Assembly: GCA_023213395.1 (NCBI GenBank)
Contig: CM041465.1
Location: 138,515,741 to 138,579,740 of the forward strand
Length of the DNA stretch: 64,000 nt
DNA from: Cycas panzhihuaensis
Lineage: Eukaryota; Plantae; Cycadophyta
Direction: 5' to 3'
Of the stretch, positions 14,401 to 27,509 are shown piece after piece. Position 1 is the stretch's first letter. The number at the start of each line of letters is the position of its first letter. A program made the position numbers and the translations under genes. Under the pieces are notes generated by a model, which had not been told where the DNA came from, searched no databases, and saw nothing but the letters and a program-made list of their open reading frames with translations.

Positions 14401-14621
14401 TATTTAAGGCTCAATATTTATAAAGGAGGGTTAGGTCTAGAGTTCATTTGTAATATTATACTATTGTATGAAATTCATGATATCTTGGTGTTATTGCAAG
14501 TGTTCATTTTCTATAATCTTGATGCATAAATCAATAAAAGAAATCTATTGGCTATATATTTCACATCTTCCTTTGTGCTCTTTATGATAAATTGGTGTAG
14601 ATTACCTATTAAACCCTTCCA
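11425..14621 (+). mobile_element. 5'-truncated Ty3/Gypsy chromovirus remnant (RT, RNase H, integrase, chromodomain, 3' LTR from 14227)
   Basis: [31 protein letters not shown] and IHNVFHISCLK motifs, collinear with the 50300 and 57911 elements. GGGACC is followed by TACAACATAA, compare GGAACC TGTAACATAA at 57313. The right end of the LTR is approximate. Confidence 0.88.
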
Positions 14622-15278
14622 TTATACTTTGGACCCCTAATCATAGGACTCCTATACTTGCAAATGTAAAGATTATTATGCAAGGACTAAAGGATTATTC
14701 TACTTTTGATGATAACTTCCCCTCTAGATTGATTGCTTATATCACACTGTTTACCTATTAATCTTCTTAAAAAGATTTGTTTTATATGTATTTCTATAAT
14801 TTGGTAGTATCATATTATAAAATTTACATTATTACTAGCAAATTTGACTAGGATTTTATAATAAGTCACCAAAATTTTGGAAGTATTACCAAAATTTTGG
14901 TGGGTTTGCAACATTGTAGATTATTTTTTAGTGGTGACACTAAACAATTTTAGTGATAATGTTAGAAATTTGGTGGTATTAATACTAATTCTATGGTATT
15001 CGTTTGATTTTGGTGATATCATGTTATACACCTCTAAAATTAGAATATAGTAAGTCTTCTCTTTGGTTTTTTAGTTTTTTTTTTGCTTTTTCTAATCCCA
15101 GTGCGACTAAGAATGCTATGGGGTAAGAGAAAACAGTGGTTTCAATGCAAAACCATGGTTTAATAAAATTCCCTATTTAATTCTTGAAGCTAATGGGATT
15201 ATGATCTTTCTTTATTTTCTTCTCATTCTTGGTCCTATGAGATCCTCTCTTTTCTATCTTTTTGTGCTTTTTCATGTA

Positions 15279-15882
15279 CGTACATTGTTCTTTCTCTTTC
15301 ATTTAACTAATTAATAAAAAATATAATAATGCATATTTATAGCAGATTAGAGCATACATAAAGGCCCTGCGTTTGGTCCTCTCACAACTAGACATAGGCT
15401 AAAAGTAGTATACAATGGAAGACTTATAACAATAGACATATAATCAAGAATGTTATCAAGATATCCTAACTATATATGCCCACACCCTTGATTCAAAATA
15501 TGACTATCTTAAATATGTTGTTTTGATTATATTGCTATAGTTTTAATTATAATTATTAATTGATTATATAATTAATCATGTAATCACTTCTTTAATAGTT
15601 ATTATTACTATTTAGTTGTACTTAGATGTTGAATTATGACCTGATTGCACCTTTAGTTATACTTGGTCATGCTTGGTACAACCTTGCTCAGCCTCTCGTC
15701 GTACTTGGTTGTATGTGGTATAACCTAACTCTTCCTTTGGTCATATCTAATATGTAATAGAACTACCATCAATTCCTCAAAATTCTCATGGTTTCTTCTT
15801 TCATATATTTCTCCTAACACAAGTTTAATAAGTGGCCTCACTCATTCAGAATTATCAAAAAATTTTAAAATATTCCTAATCA
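15279..15882 (-). repeat. 3' LTR of the minus-strand Gypsy (~604 bp)
   Basis: Aligns with 26746-27346; begins TGATTAGG on the minus strand after the G-rich PPT. Confidence 0.8.
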
Positions 15883-15969
15883 CTACCCCCCAAATTTTAA
15901 ATTTTTTTTTATAAGTTAAACCTACCTCTACCTCATTCTTCTCTATTCTTCTTTGATTTTTACCCCCTC

Positions 15970-17560
15970 TCTCTCTTGACATAGTCTAGATCTAGTCATT
16001 CTACCTAAAGTGGAACATTCAATCCTTTGTATTTTAAAATTTTACATAATAAAACCACATCACATAGTGAATCTAGTTGGGATCAAGTAGATACTTGTCT
16101 AGAATGCAATTGAGCAATTTCTCTTATTAATTCCTAATTTAGTGTTTGGGCATTTTGGAGCTCAGTTTAATAGCCCCTCATTTATTACCACAATTCCATA
16201 TATCTTTTTAAATCCTCATTTGTCTTTAGAATCCAAGCTCCAAGTTTGTGAAATATAGGTTGGAGATCTTGTATAATATGTCAATTAAATCTTTCTTTAA
16301 ATCTCTTGAGGTGTGGTATAACCTCATCTATATCATCCACCGATTGTAGTATAATGTTTTTTAGATATTCTAACTTTTATTCCACCTCTTGAAGTTGTTG
16401 CTCTAACTAGTATATCCTTTGCACATCAGGTGGCAATCTTTATGCTCTATTCTCTAGATCTATAATGAGCTATCTTGTGAGCTATGCCAGGATTGAAGTT
16501 TTCTATTACATGATCTTGAGGTTCACATTTTATTGGATCCAACTTGTCTTCTAAAATCCTCTTATCTATCGAATACTCCACCTCTATTTGTTGTTGGTTA
16601 AGTTGGTTAATAATTTATTTGTCTTTTCTCCTATGATAATTTCCTATACTTTAGCTTTTCTTATTTTGGTTTGACTAGCTCTGAATTAATTAGAATGTGA
16701 GGCTCTATATTTGATTTGTTCTAAGGCTCTATCTTTATAGGAATTTAAGGCTTTTTCCTTTATAGGCACTATATTTTATTCATCCATTTTTCTTTTCCCT
16801 AATCTAATTTGTTTCCTTCTTTAACTTATTCTATCCTTTTCTTCTTTTTCCTCTTCCACTGACTCTTGATTTTTGGTACTTACTTGTGAGGTCTCTACTT
16901 CTTGTAATCTTCTTCTTCTATTTTGTTCATATCTAACACTAAATGGACTATTTGACATTGTTATAGGAGCTAATCTCTACTTTACTTGAATCTCCATCCA
17001 TCCTAGATTCTAAATGCTTTCCTTATTAAATACTTTAGTCCATCTAAAAAGTAGTGCCTAACCCTCATCCAAAAATGGTATTTTTATATCAGGGTATTAT
17101 GCAAATGATAATGGCTATAGTAATATGATATGAAAGAACCTTACTGATTTAGTGACTTCCTAAACTAATTCCAAATTTTTGAGAAGTCATTGAACCATGA
17201 ATTTGGCCTAATTAAACTAAGCCCCCTTTGCTACTTAGATTAATAAGATTCTCAAATTTATTGGAACATATAAATTCCTTGGAGTTAAAATTACTCTAGT
17301 GAATATAAAATGGGTAATCCATCTTCTCTCTTCTGATTATACTCTAGTGATGATAATTCCTAAACCAGATATGTTGTGGATATTATCCCCAATATATTTT
17401 ATAGCCAACTCCCTCAATTTCCATAAATATATCTAATAATCTAGGATGTATGGATATAATGATGATTACAAGAGATAAAATTTTGAGGTATTAGAAATAT
17501 ATCAACTAAGATATATTTTGCTAATCCTACTTTTATTATCATTCTTTTTCTTTTATCTAT
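15970..17560 (-). pseudogene. Decayed extra ORF (coiled-coil-rich) between integrase and 3' LTR
   Basis: Minus-strand frame reads LIIDLENRA*RLPPDVQRIY*LEQQLQEVE*KLEYLKNIILQSVDDIDEVIPHLKRFKERF, with TAG/TAA stops explicable from CAG/CAA. Limits approximate. Confidence 0.6.
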
Positions 17561-18696
17561 AGGTCACATTTTTAGCCATTTAACTCTAATCTTAGGATCA
17601 TCATTCTCTCTAAAAATAATATTTTTCTTAGTGACATCTCTTACTTATGCCATTAAACTATTATCTTCTATGTTCGACTATTGTTCTTGGCGAACTACCT
17701 TATACGTAACGAACTGCCAATTAATCTTTCTTTGCAATTGATATTCTTTGAGGCAAGGTGATGGAAATTAAATAATTGTTAATCTCCCTTGTCTTAATCC
17801 CTCTACCTATCAACTTGTCCAATCATGATTGTAATGTCATTACTCTTCATATGCTACACCATCTTGTATTTCCTATCATTATAATAATACTCAATTATGA
17901 CCATGATGTGTCCTTCACCTATTATATTCAATGACTTTATGATATAAATACTATGTTTATAGCTAATACAATATGACTAATACATTTCAATCATGATTGG
18001 ACAATGTTGCCTCCCTTGGTTTATACGCTCTTTTTTTTTCCTTTAATAGCTATATAATTTCAATGTACTTACATTAACTAATTTGGTCAATGGTTTATCA
18101 TCTAATTACTCTAATGCAACTATTTTATTAGTATAAATCTAATTAGCCTTAAAAAGACTAATCCATCTAAGCTTCATCTTACCAAGCTTTATTCTAAATT
18201 TATTATTATATAATAGGATGAGATCTCCTTTCAAGTACTAGGGTGCATTTAAATATCAATTATGCCATGCCTTTTTCTTAGCTTTCTCTACTCAAAGTTC
18301 CTATATAGCCTATGATCATTCTTCATCTAGGTTCATTAGTTGAAATAAGATTTGATTATAGGATTCTTCTTCTCATAATCATACCTGTTAGGCTATTCTA
18401 ATGCTTTTCGCTTGGAACTTAAGAGGAAAAAAATCCATACACTAGTTGAAAGGGTGTGCGCTTCTGTAGATGCTTCCTTATAGTTTTGTCTACCTACAAA
18501 ACTGAATGAAGTTTGCATGCCTAATCTATTTACTCTACATTACATATCTTTATCAAAGTAATCTTCAAAACTTTATTAGTACCCTCCACTTATACATTAG
18601 CCCCAGGATAGTATGGAGAAGATTTACCATCTTGAATTAAAAAATTTGACATCAAATGCTTAATAGTTTTATTAAGAAAATTACTACCTTAGTTAA

Positions 18697-21600
18697 TATT
18701 AAGAAACACCACATACATAAACAGGTATAAGATTGTTTATAAACACAATAAACTTAAAGAGAACACACACACAAGATAGACAGATTTGATGTGAGAACCT
18801 TTGTAAGAAAACCTACTATAAAATAATATTATTGTTATAATTTTATAAATCTATCATGTTATAATACAATGGACTTTGATCTATATTTATAGATCATAAG
18901 TTTTTTAAACACATAATGATTTACATCCATTGGCTTATTACATCATAATAATATCAACATTATCTATATAATAATTCACCATATTAACATTTGTTAGTAT
19001 AGAGATAATATCACTCCAACATCCCCTCTTAATATAGATGTAGGGTCTTGAAGTCTTCCCTTAAAATCTTAAAATATCAATTTATCCTTATTGATAGATC
19101 CCCTCTCAAGGATAACCTTACTAAATCTTAAATATGCATGAATATTGATGAAAGGATCTTCAGTAAGAGCTTGGTGAATGTATCCTTAAGTTGATCTTAA
19201 CTTGGACAAAATTTAACTTGCATCTTTCCTAATCTGATCTACTCTCAGATGTAATGGTGTTTTGCCTCGTATGTACATGATTCTTTGGAAGTATCTCCAA
19301 CAATCCCTACTACCATATAACTCTCTCTCGTACTGATACTTAGTCCATAAAACTTAGCCTTTTTCCTTCATTAAACTAAGAGGTTAAGACACTTAAGCCA
19401 TGTAGACTCCTCTTCAAGTTTTTATTAAGGAATGTTAACCTGATATGACTCCTAACTATATGTAGCTGCTAAAGTAAGGATTAATTAGACTAAAAATAAC
19501 ATAGATATTAGTAAAAATATCTCCTCATACTTGATTCCTTCTTTTTATAATTCTAAATACAACTCTTCATTGTGAATCCCTTCTCACTGGAATGTTGATA
19601 TCTATTACAAGATTGACTAGCATGTTAATCCTTATTCTTTAACCATCCTATAGGTCTTCAACTGTCAATGGAACATGGGTTGTAATTTGTATTTCTTCAT
19701 GTAGTAACTCCTCATCATTACTCCTACTAGGTCTTGCTTCCATCTCAAACACAATATATCTACTAAGCAATGGCTTAAAAAAGAGAAGAAATGAAGGATA
19801 AAACTTGTATTTAGATGAAATTTCATCATGATATATTATAAACTCTTCAATTTGACATCTAGAATAATCACAAAACTTTCCCCCTATAGATCATATGGTT
19901 TGTAAGCTTTGTTTCAAACCCCATATAAATTGACTCCAAACTCTTGTAATCTTACTACTACGATCTTTATCTAAGATGTGTGCAGTCCAATGCACCTCAA
20001 TATCTAATGGAAGGTTTATGATAGGTCTAATATAATACAGGACTATGCCATGAATAACTTTTAAAGAGACCCCAATAAACTATTGTTGTAACAACTTCTG
20101 CTAAAGAACATAGGAGGTAAACTCTTATAATATACCAACACCTCCACATCTATATCATGGTACCATACTTCATCTTCAACATAATCTATGAGGGGTACAT
20201 AAGATAATCAACTCTCATTTATACCATAATAAAGGTAGAACTGATTTTAAGATATCTTGTCATATACCTTTCCATTCACACATCAATTTCATCATAACCA
20301 TATAATTAGATCTACACTAGACTTGTTCAAATATGTGCTAATGTTGAACTAGAATCCAATAAGCTATAAACCTCATGTTAACATCATTTCACCCACCCAA
20401 AGTATAATGATCCACCATAACCTAATAACCACTTATAGAAGCATGTCAATAACCAAATTCTAAAGTTCTTTACTATACACACCTAATATAAGAAACCTAA
20501 TATAACTGAATAAAGCACACATCACTTTAAAATAAATAAATCACACCTTGATAATATGTGTAATGATCTATAACCATAAATAAAGTTTGCTTCACCCCAT
20601 AGCTTAGGTATCTCAATATAACTCACCCATTTCTCACCTTCTTATTAATTAGTAAGCTTCATTGCTTTAATAAAACATACCTAAAACTCTTATATAAACA
20701 CATACAAGAGTGCATATCATCACCATTAAATCATTGCCTTTAACACACATCAACAAACTCATGTATACATCATCACCAAAACATGCTACTTTAGTGATGT
20801 AAAATACACTATGAATCCATCTTTTCTTACAATAGTATACTCAAAGTAGCAGTGTCCAAACTACTTACTTTAATATTAAAATCTTATTACCTTATTCATA
20901 CCAATTTCCTCTTTATATAAATGTCTCACCTAAAACTACATAATCAAAAGATTACTAAAATGAGACATTATATAACATAATAAAGAAAGGGTTCTTAATT
21001 AAACCTTTAACAAAGGTGATATCGAAGATATTGATAAAATATTAACGACACTTTATATTTATCATTGGTGTTCAATATATAAAATGTGACTTCATCGCAA
21101 ATCATATATATGGTGGTGCAACCTTTGAAATATTAATTGAAGCAGATTAATATATTGGGTAACTTTGATATGACTAAAAATAATACAGCCATGATTTATA
21201 TATTATGCAAATATAATGGTGAAGGGCAATCATATATAAATCGATGGGCAACATTATACAGTTATAAAATCAAACATATGCTATTATAGCAACCTTTATT
21301 TATTAAAAACAATTATAAGTAATTAAGAAATTTACACAGGCGATAATACATTCACAAGCATCATTAAAATATATGACTTATTATTGTTGTATTATCAAAG
21401 CTGTATTATAATTATGACATCTGAGATCTCTGCATCTAGGGATGTCTAACAAATTCACATGGGTGCATGATATCTATAGCTATATACATGGCATCTCTCC
21501 CTACATGGGTAGCTTCTTCCAATTCTCAACTACTCAACTAATTCCAATATGACTTCCATACAATCATGGTTGTATACAATGCCTACAACTATTCTCCTAA

Positions 21601-22351
21601 GGGATTTTCTCTTTATAAGGACTGTAACCATGCACTTCACAATTGGTTATGCCTCTCAATTTAGTTACAAACTTAGTGGCATTAATAAATAATAGATCTG
21701 GCACCTTCAATAGGCTTAAAATAGGCACCAACATCTGGCAACAGAGTGACCAAGGCTATATATTTAAAAATAGAGGCTCTAGAACCTACACAAACTAAAA
21801 TAGAACCTTCTATTAATTTGCGCACCTTTGTAGGCCATTGAATTCCTATAAAATATAAAACAAAAGTCTCTAATATTTGTGCATAATCATTTGCACCTTT
21901 ATGAAAGTTCTCTTAGTCATTAGATAAGTCGATCCTCAATGGAAGAGTCAGTATGACTTGACAACCAATGATCAGATGATCCACATAATGTTCATCTTCT
22001 TGTGCACCTCCTATCACTCTGATACCATGTTGGGAAACACCATATATGCAAATAGGTATAAGATCATTTATGAACACAATAGACTTAAAGAGAACACATA
22101 TATAAGATATATAGATTTGACATAGGAACCCTTACTGGAAAAACCCACAACAAAAATAATATTATTACATTTTTACAAATCTATCATGTTACAATACAAT
22201 GGACTTTGATCTATATTTATAGTTCATAAGTGTCTAAAATATACAATGACTTATATTCATTGGCTTATTACATTATAATAATATCAACATTATTCATACA
22301 ATAATTCACCATATTAACATTAGTCAATATAGAGATAATATCACTCCAATA
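18697..22351 (-). mobile_element. Internally deleted Copia C (3655 bp) nested in the Gypsy integrase
   Basis: LTRs 18697-19021 and 22028-22351; PBS (minus TGGTATCAGAGT) 22016-22027; PPT (minus AGAGGGGA) 19022-19029; TSD GTTAA/GTCAA. RNase H tail (KFCPS*DQLKDTFTKAL) and integrase scraps remain. Confidence 0.92.
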
Positions 22352-22356
22352 GTCAA

Positions 22357-25300
22357 ATACTATCTCTAAGGGGCAACCAAAATGCATTATAATGAATTCA
22401 TAGAGGATTCTAGCAATACTCCTCACATCGCTCTACCTCATTAGTTTTGCTTATGTCTATTTAGTCATGAAGTCTATGGTTACAAGTATGTAACATGCAT
22501 TTGTTCTTCAGGCAGGTGGACTAATTGGCCCTATGAAATCTAATCCCCATTTTTCAAATGGTGCTTTATACAAGGTTGGGTGTAATGGAAAGTAATTCAG
22601 TTTAGAGGGTTTACATGTGTATTGGTAAACATCACAGGCTTTGGCCCACTTTGCTACATCCACGAACAATGTTAGCCACCACAAACCATCCAATAATACT
22701 TTCCTTCTTATTGCCTCTCCTATATGATAAGCAGATGCTACTCCATCATAAGGCTCTCTTAATACTTCCTACACCTCATATTCCATAATGCATCTCCTTA
22801 ACGCCTCCTCCAGTCCTAGCTTATAAAGCATTCCATGTATTAGTTGAAAAAGAAAAGTTTTTTCAATAAAACTTTTTCTTTTTGTTTCATCTATTCCTAT
22901 TGGTGTTTGTCCTATTGTTAGGTAATTAGCAATACCTTTATACTAAAAAGGAATAGCTTCAATAGAGAAAAACTTATGATAAAGAAAATCATCTATTATT
23001 CCTATTGCTCCCTCTTCATTCCCAATTCTTAAAAGTTGGTCTAGTGCCACATGTTTATCTCCTTTTTTAACAATAATTTTAAACATAAATTCTTGAAAAG
23101 CATAAGCCAACAACTAATTCTTCCTTGAAGGATTGGATTATTAATCAAGTACTACACAATATTCTTTACTATTGTATCATATTCCCAATCTCCTTGATTT
23201 TGTCTTTCGTTGTCCAAGTACCAAGTGAGAAAAGGTAAATTGGTCCCTATCAAGGATATGGGTAATTAATATACCCATTCCCATATTAAAATTTGATGCC
23301 ATTCCCAAATTGTTATTCAATTATAAGTATGTTACTTAGGATTTTCTATAAATGTAGGCAATTTATTATTCTGATTATGAAAGCTAATTAAGAATGTGTT
23401 TACCATTCTATTCCAATTATGAAATCATGTCTTATTTACCTTGTAATAGGCTAAAGCTTGTCCATACAAAGATAAAGAAAACAAATACAACCAATCATTT
23501 CCTTATCTTTTATTTCTAAAAATCTTGATACATTCTTTTACATGTTCCTTTACTTTTCTACTTTCATCCTAAAATTGAGGTAAACTTTTAAGAAATTTCT
23601 TGGAATTACCTTGATATTCTCCTTGTATTTTCTTGATGATTCTTTTCTTGAATAATTTGTTTAGAGTCTTACATATGTCCTTCTATAGGTTTGGATTTTT
23701 TGATTCTTTATTTGTTGAGAAATTTCCATCCTCCTTGCTCTCAAACTCTAAATCAGAAATGTCTAGGAAAAGTTCTAGTTGATAACAATTTACTTCATTA
23801 GCCTTGAATTTTTTCCCATGTATTATGGAGCCAATTTAACACATATGTATATGAGGCTATGCTGGTAAGACTTGGTGGGGTCATTTGAGCTGAATAATCC
23901 ATCCTTGAGTAAGGACTTACTATAGATGCTGGTGTTGTTATTATCAATGATGTCATGTCTAAATCTTCCACCTTCTCAATCTATGGATCATCTAAGTATA
24001 AGGGAAGTGTTACCTTCCTTCATACTAAATACAATGTGAATGTTAACTTCACTAAATCCTATAGAGATTTAGTTCCCAATAATTAGGGCATCCCTAATAG
24101 TGTTGGATAACTCTTTTTATAGTTCATCATTCTCACAATGATAAAGTCCAACTACATTGTAATACCTACTAATAGTGTGCCCATTGGTCTAACTTGTATT
24201 TGATTGGCCAATTGAATTGAGTAATCTAGAGAAACCACATTTGGCCTTCCCAAAGAGATCTAAGTGGTTTTAGGTAGTATATTCACTCTTAAACCCTCGT
24301 CCACTATTGTCTTATAAATTGTTGTCCCAAGCACATTCATTGAGACTCTTGGGTCCACTACCTCTATATTCAAAGCTCTCAATATTGGTTTCTTAATTTT
24401 ATATAGAACCCCTTACTAAAAATAGCCTATTTCCCACCATTTGAAAGTAATAGTAATACGAATATAAATTCTAACTCCATCAAAAGGTCCTTAACTAGTT
24501 GTATCCTTTGTGAGGGATTTCCTTTTAATCCTTCTCCTTAAAATATTATCCTCTTTTTATATACTTACCCTTTAAATTTATTTTCCTAATGTATTTCTTC
24601 TTAGTCCACTATTTTCATAGCTTTTTGAAGGGCCTACACTGCCTCTTGAAGCCTCTCTTTTCTGACCATAGGAGCTAGAAAATTATCTACCACTAGGGTG
24701 GATGTTGTCTTCCCACTCTAAGTATATAGGTAGATAAGTAGTTCATCATCTGATACTTTTGTAGCAAGATTAGAATTTTACACCTTTACACTAGGATTCT
24801 TGGGTCAACTACTCTATTCATGGTCAGTTGGACCCTATTCTTCATAGATGTAATCATCATCCTAATTTTATAATGGCCAATCTAATAAAAAATGGTGTCA
24901 TCTCAAATGTAAATGGCATTTAATAGCCTTAGTATTCCTCTTGTATTACTTTAAAGAATTTCGTTTAGTTTTTTTATAAAAGGAATCACAAATGTTAGTC
25001 GTATATTCCTAATGAGGTGCTCGATAATAACACTCCCAAGTGTTATGGCTATTTCTTCTACAAATTTTGTACCATTTAATATTTAGGGCCTCTTGATGTT
25101 CATTCCTCAAATGACCTGTTTGGCCACAATGTGGGGGGTACTAAACATTGTCCCTCATTTTCTCCATCCTTAGCCTAGCCAATTCAAATTTGAGTTTCTC
25201 AATCTCCTAGCTCTATTACAACATCATAGGAAGTGATACTAGTGGTTGTTGTTTTAAAGCCTCCACTTCCCTTTAAAATTTTCTAACTCTAGATTCATTC

Positions 25301-26126
25301 CCATTTGTGGTGTATGCTATGATAGAAGATTTGATTGTAGTACTATTACTATCCAGACATTTGCTCCTAATTATCCAAAAGTTTAGAAATTCATTCCCAT
25401 CATGTATGTCTATATTCTAAGTCATAAATAGCATGTATTTATCTGATTCTTAAATTTCAAGGCCAAATCCCTTACTTGTTCATAATTGTTCATTGAATGA
25501 AGAATAACTTTCTCCTTTAATTGAGGTAATATACATTGAACAAAATATTTTAAATACAACATTAGATTTATAGGAGTAGAGGGATCTATTTTATTCATTA
25601 TTATGTGTAATCTTCCATGAAAATCACTCACAGGTTCTTCTGGCATCTGGCAAATTTTATCCAAAGCTTGGAAGATTGCCATTAAATCTCTCAATCTCTA
25701 AAATCTATCTAAGAACTATATCTAAATTTACTCTCGAGTTAGGTTTGTAGTATAAATATATTAGTATTAGGCAATGGTTACTCCTCTCAATGTAGAAAAG
25801 AATCGAGGCTTAACTTCTTTTAGGTCCCCGATCCATTTTATCTTTGATATATTTGAAAAGGGAGCCAAATTGTCACTAAGTTCTACTAATCCATCAAATT
25901 GTAAATGTCCAAATGTAGCATCATTCTGAATGATAACATATGGAGGAGTTAACACATTTGAGATTACACCTCTTTGCCCTAAATTGGTTCTTACCATTGT
26001 TCCTCCAATAATTGGCCCACTTTGAGAGGTTTGATTTATAATAGTAGTTAGGGTTATTATACCAGTTCCTCCTCCACTTGCAAATACATTCCCATTGTTG
26101 AGAGATCCTCTGCTTGTGCTACCCAT
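22357..26126 (-). pseudogene. Gypsy gag-protease-(RT deleted)-RNase H tail-integrase N-half
   Basis: ORFs 25767..26126, 25422..25694 and 22508..22693, and CCHC remnants at 24800-25145. The integrase continues on the other side of Copia C (IIMHFGCPLEIV / GSNFLN). Confidence 0.82.
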
Positions 26127-26745
26127 TTATTTAGGGCTTCCTTTATTTGCTTGCATGAATGGTCCTAAAAACATGGACCCTATGAATACCTCTACCATTT
26201 TATTAAACAAGGGATTCAGAATATAAGAATGAGACTCTTTTATCTCTACCACATAGCAATCCCACCAGACATTAGTAGCATTATATACTATAAATCTCAC
26301 TAAATATCCTTGGTCCATAGCATTCAAGGTTTTTATTTCTTTTAAAATTTTTAGATAATCTTCTCCTCCATTGGAGTTCTATCATCTATACATCTCTAGT
26401 GTAGTTTTAGTTTATTTCTTTCATTTCCTTATTGAATGGTCATTGGTTATTTTATCTATGCTCTAATTTTCATCAATCCTCCACACTCCTCCCATCTCCC
26501 TAAATTCAAACTTCTTCCCTATCTTGATTTTACATGTTGTTTCCTCCTTATCTACTTTTTCCCTATGGGTATTCTTGGTTTACAGATTTTTTCTTAGAGG
26601 TGTTTAGTCTCCTAATGCTAGTTTCTTTCATGTCTTGTCTCCTAGAACTACCTTTTGATGACATGGACAATCCTATTCCTTCACCTAGTCATGGTTTGGA
26701 TACTCCTCTTCTCCTCTCTTAATCCATGAACAACAATAAAACCAA

Positions 26746-27346
26746 TGTGCATTGCTCTTTCTCTCTTACCTAACTAATTAATAGGGAATAGAATAATGCA
26801 TGTTTGTAGCATATTGGAGCATACAAAATAAAACTTAATTTATATAAAGGCCCTGTGTCTATTCCTCTTATAACTAAATGCAGACCAAAGGTAGTACATA
26901 ATGGAAGGCCTACTAGAATACATGTATAATTAAGAATGTTATCAAAATATCCTAACTACTTATGTCTACACCCTTGATACAAAACACAACTATCACAAAT
27001 ATGTCATTTCAATTACAATATTATAATTTCAATTATAAATGTCAATTAGTTATACAATTAATACGTAATCATTTCTTTAACAATTACTATTATTATTTGG
27101 TTATAGTTCTGGTTGCACCTAGATGCTAGATTATGGCCTAGTCATACCTTTTATTGTACTTGGTTGTGCTTGGTACAACCTTGCTTAGCTTTTAATCACA
27201 CTCAGTTGTACTTGGTATAACCTAATTCTATCTTTGGTCACACTTGGTCATACTTGGTACAACCTAACTCTACCTCTGGTGGCACTTAATACATAATAGA
27301 ATTGCCATCAATTCCTTAAAATTCTCATGGTTTTTTCTTCTATATA
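26746..27346 (-). repeat. 5' LTR of the minus-strand Gypsy (interrupted on the right)
   Basis: Aligns with 15279-~15808; the last ~75 bp of the left copy are missing here. Confidence 0.82.
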
Positions 27347-27509
27347 TAATATAGGGTTATATTACCCCTTCAAGTTGTAATAGTATAGAAAATAATTTTT
27401 AACAAGTGTTCAAGAAGTTCCCAAATAGGGTTTTATATTATTAAGTTTCTTATATAATTGTTGAGTGATAATATTGATAAAGGGTTTATCAAGAGCAAAA
27501 ATAATTAAC

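Larger units (their letters stand above)
15279..27346 (-). mobile_element. Non-chromovirus Ty3/Gypsy element lacking RT, with a 3' extra ORF; 5' LTR interrupted at about 27346
   Basis: LTRs 15279-15882 and 26746-~27346 align. PPT (minus GGGGGGTAG) next to 15882; TGG-starting putative PBS next to 26746. Gag (ORF 25422..25694), protease (TIVDEG..NILP, YPTLLG, ~24000-24320) and integrase (PFEKWGLDFIGP, ORF 22508..22693). Confidence 0.85.
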
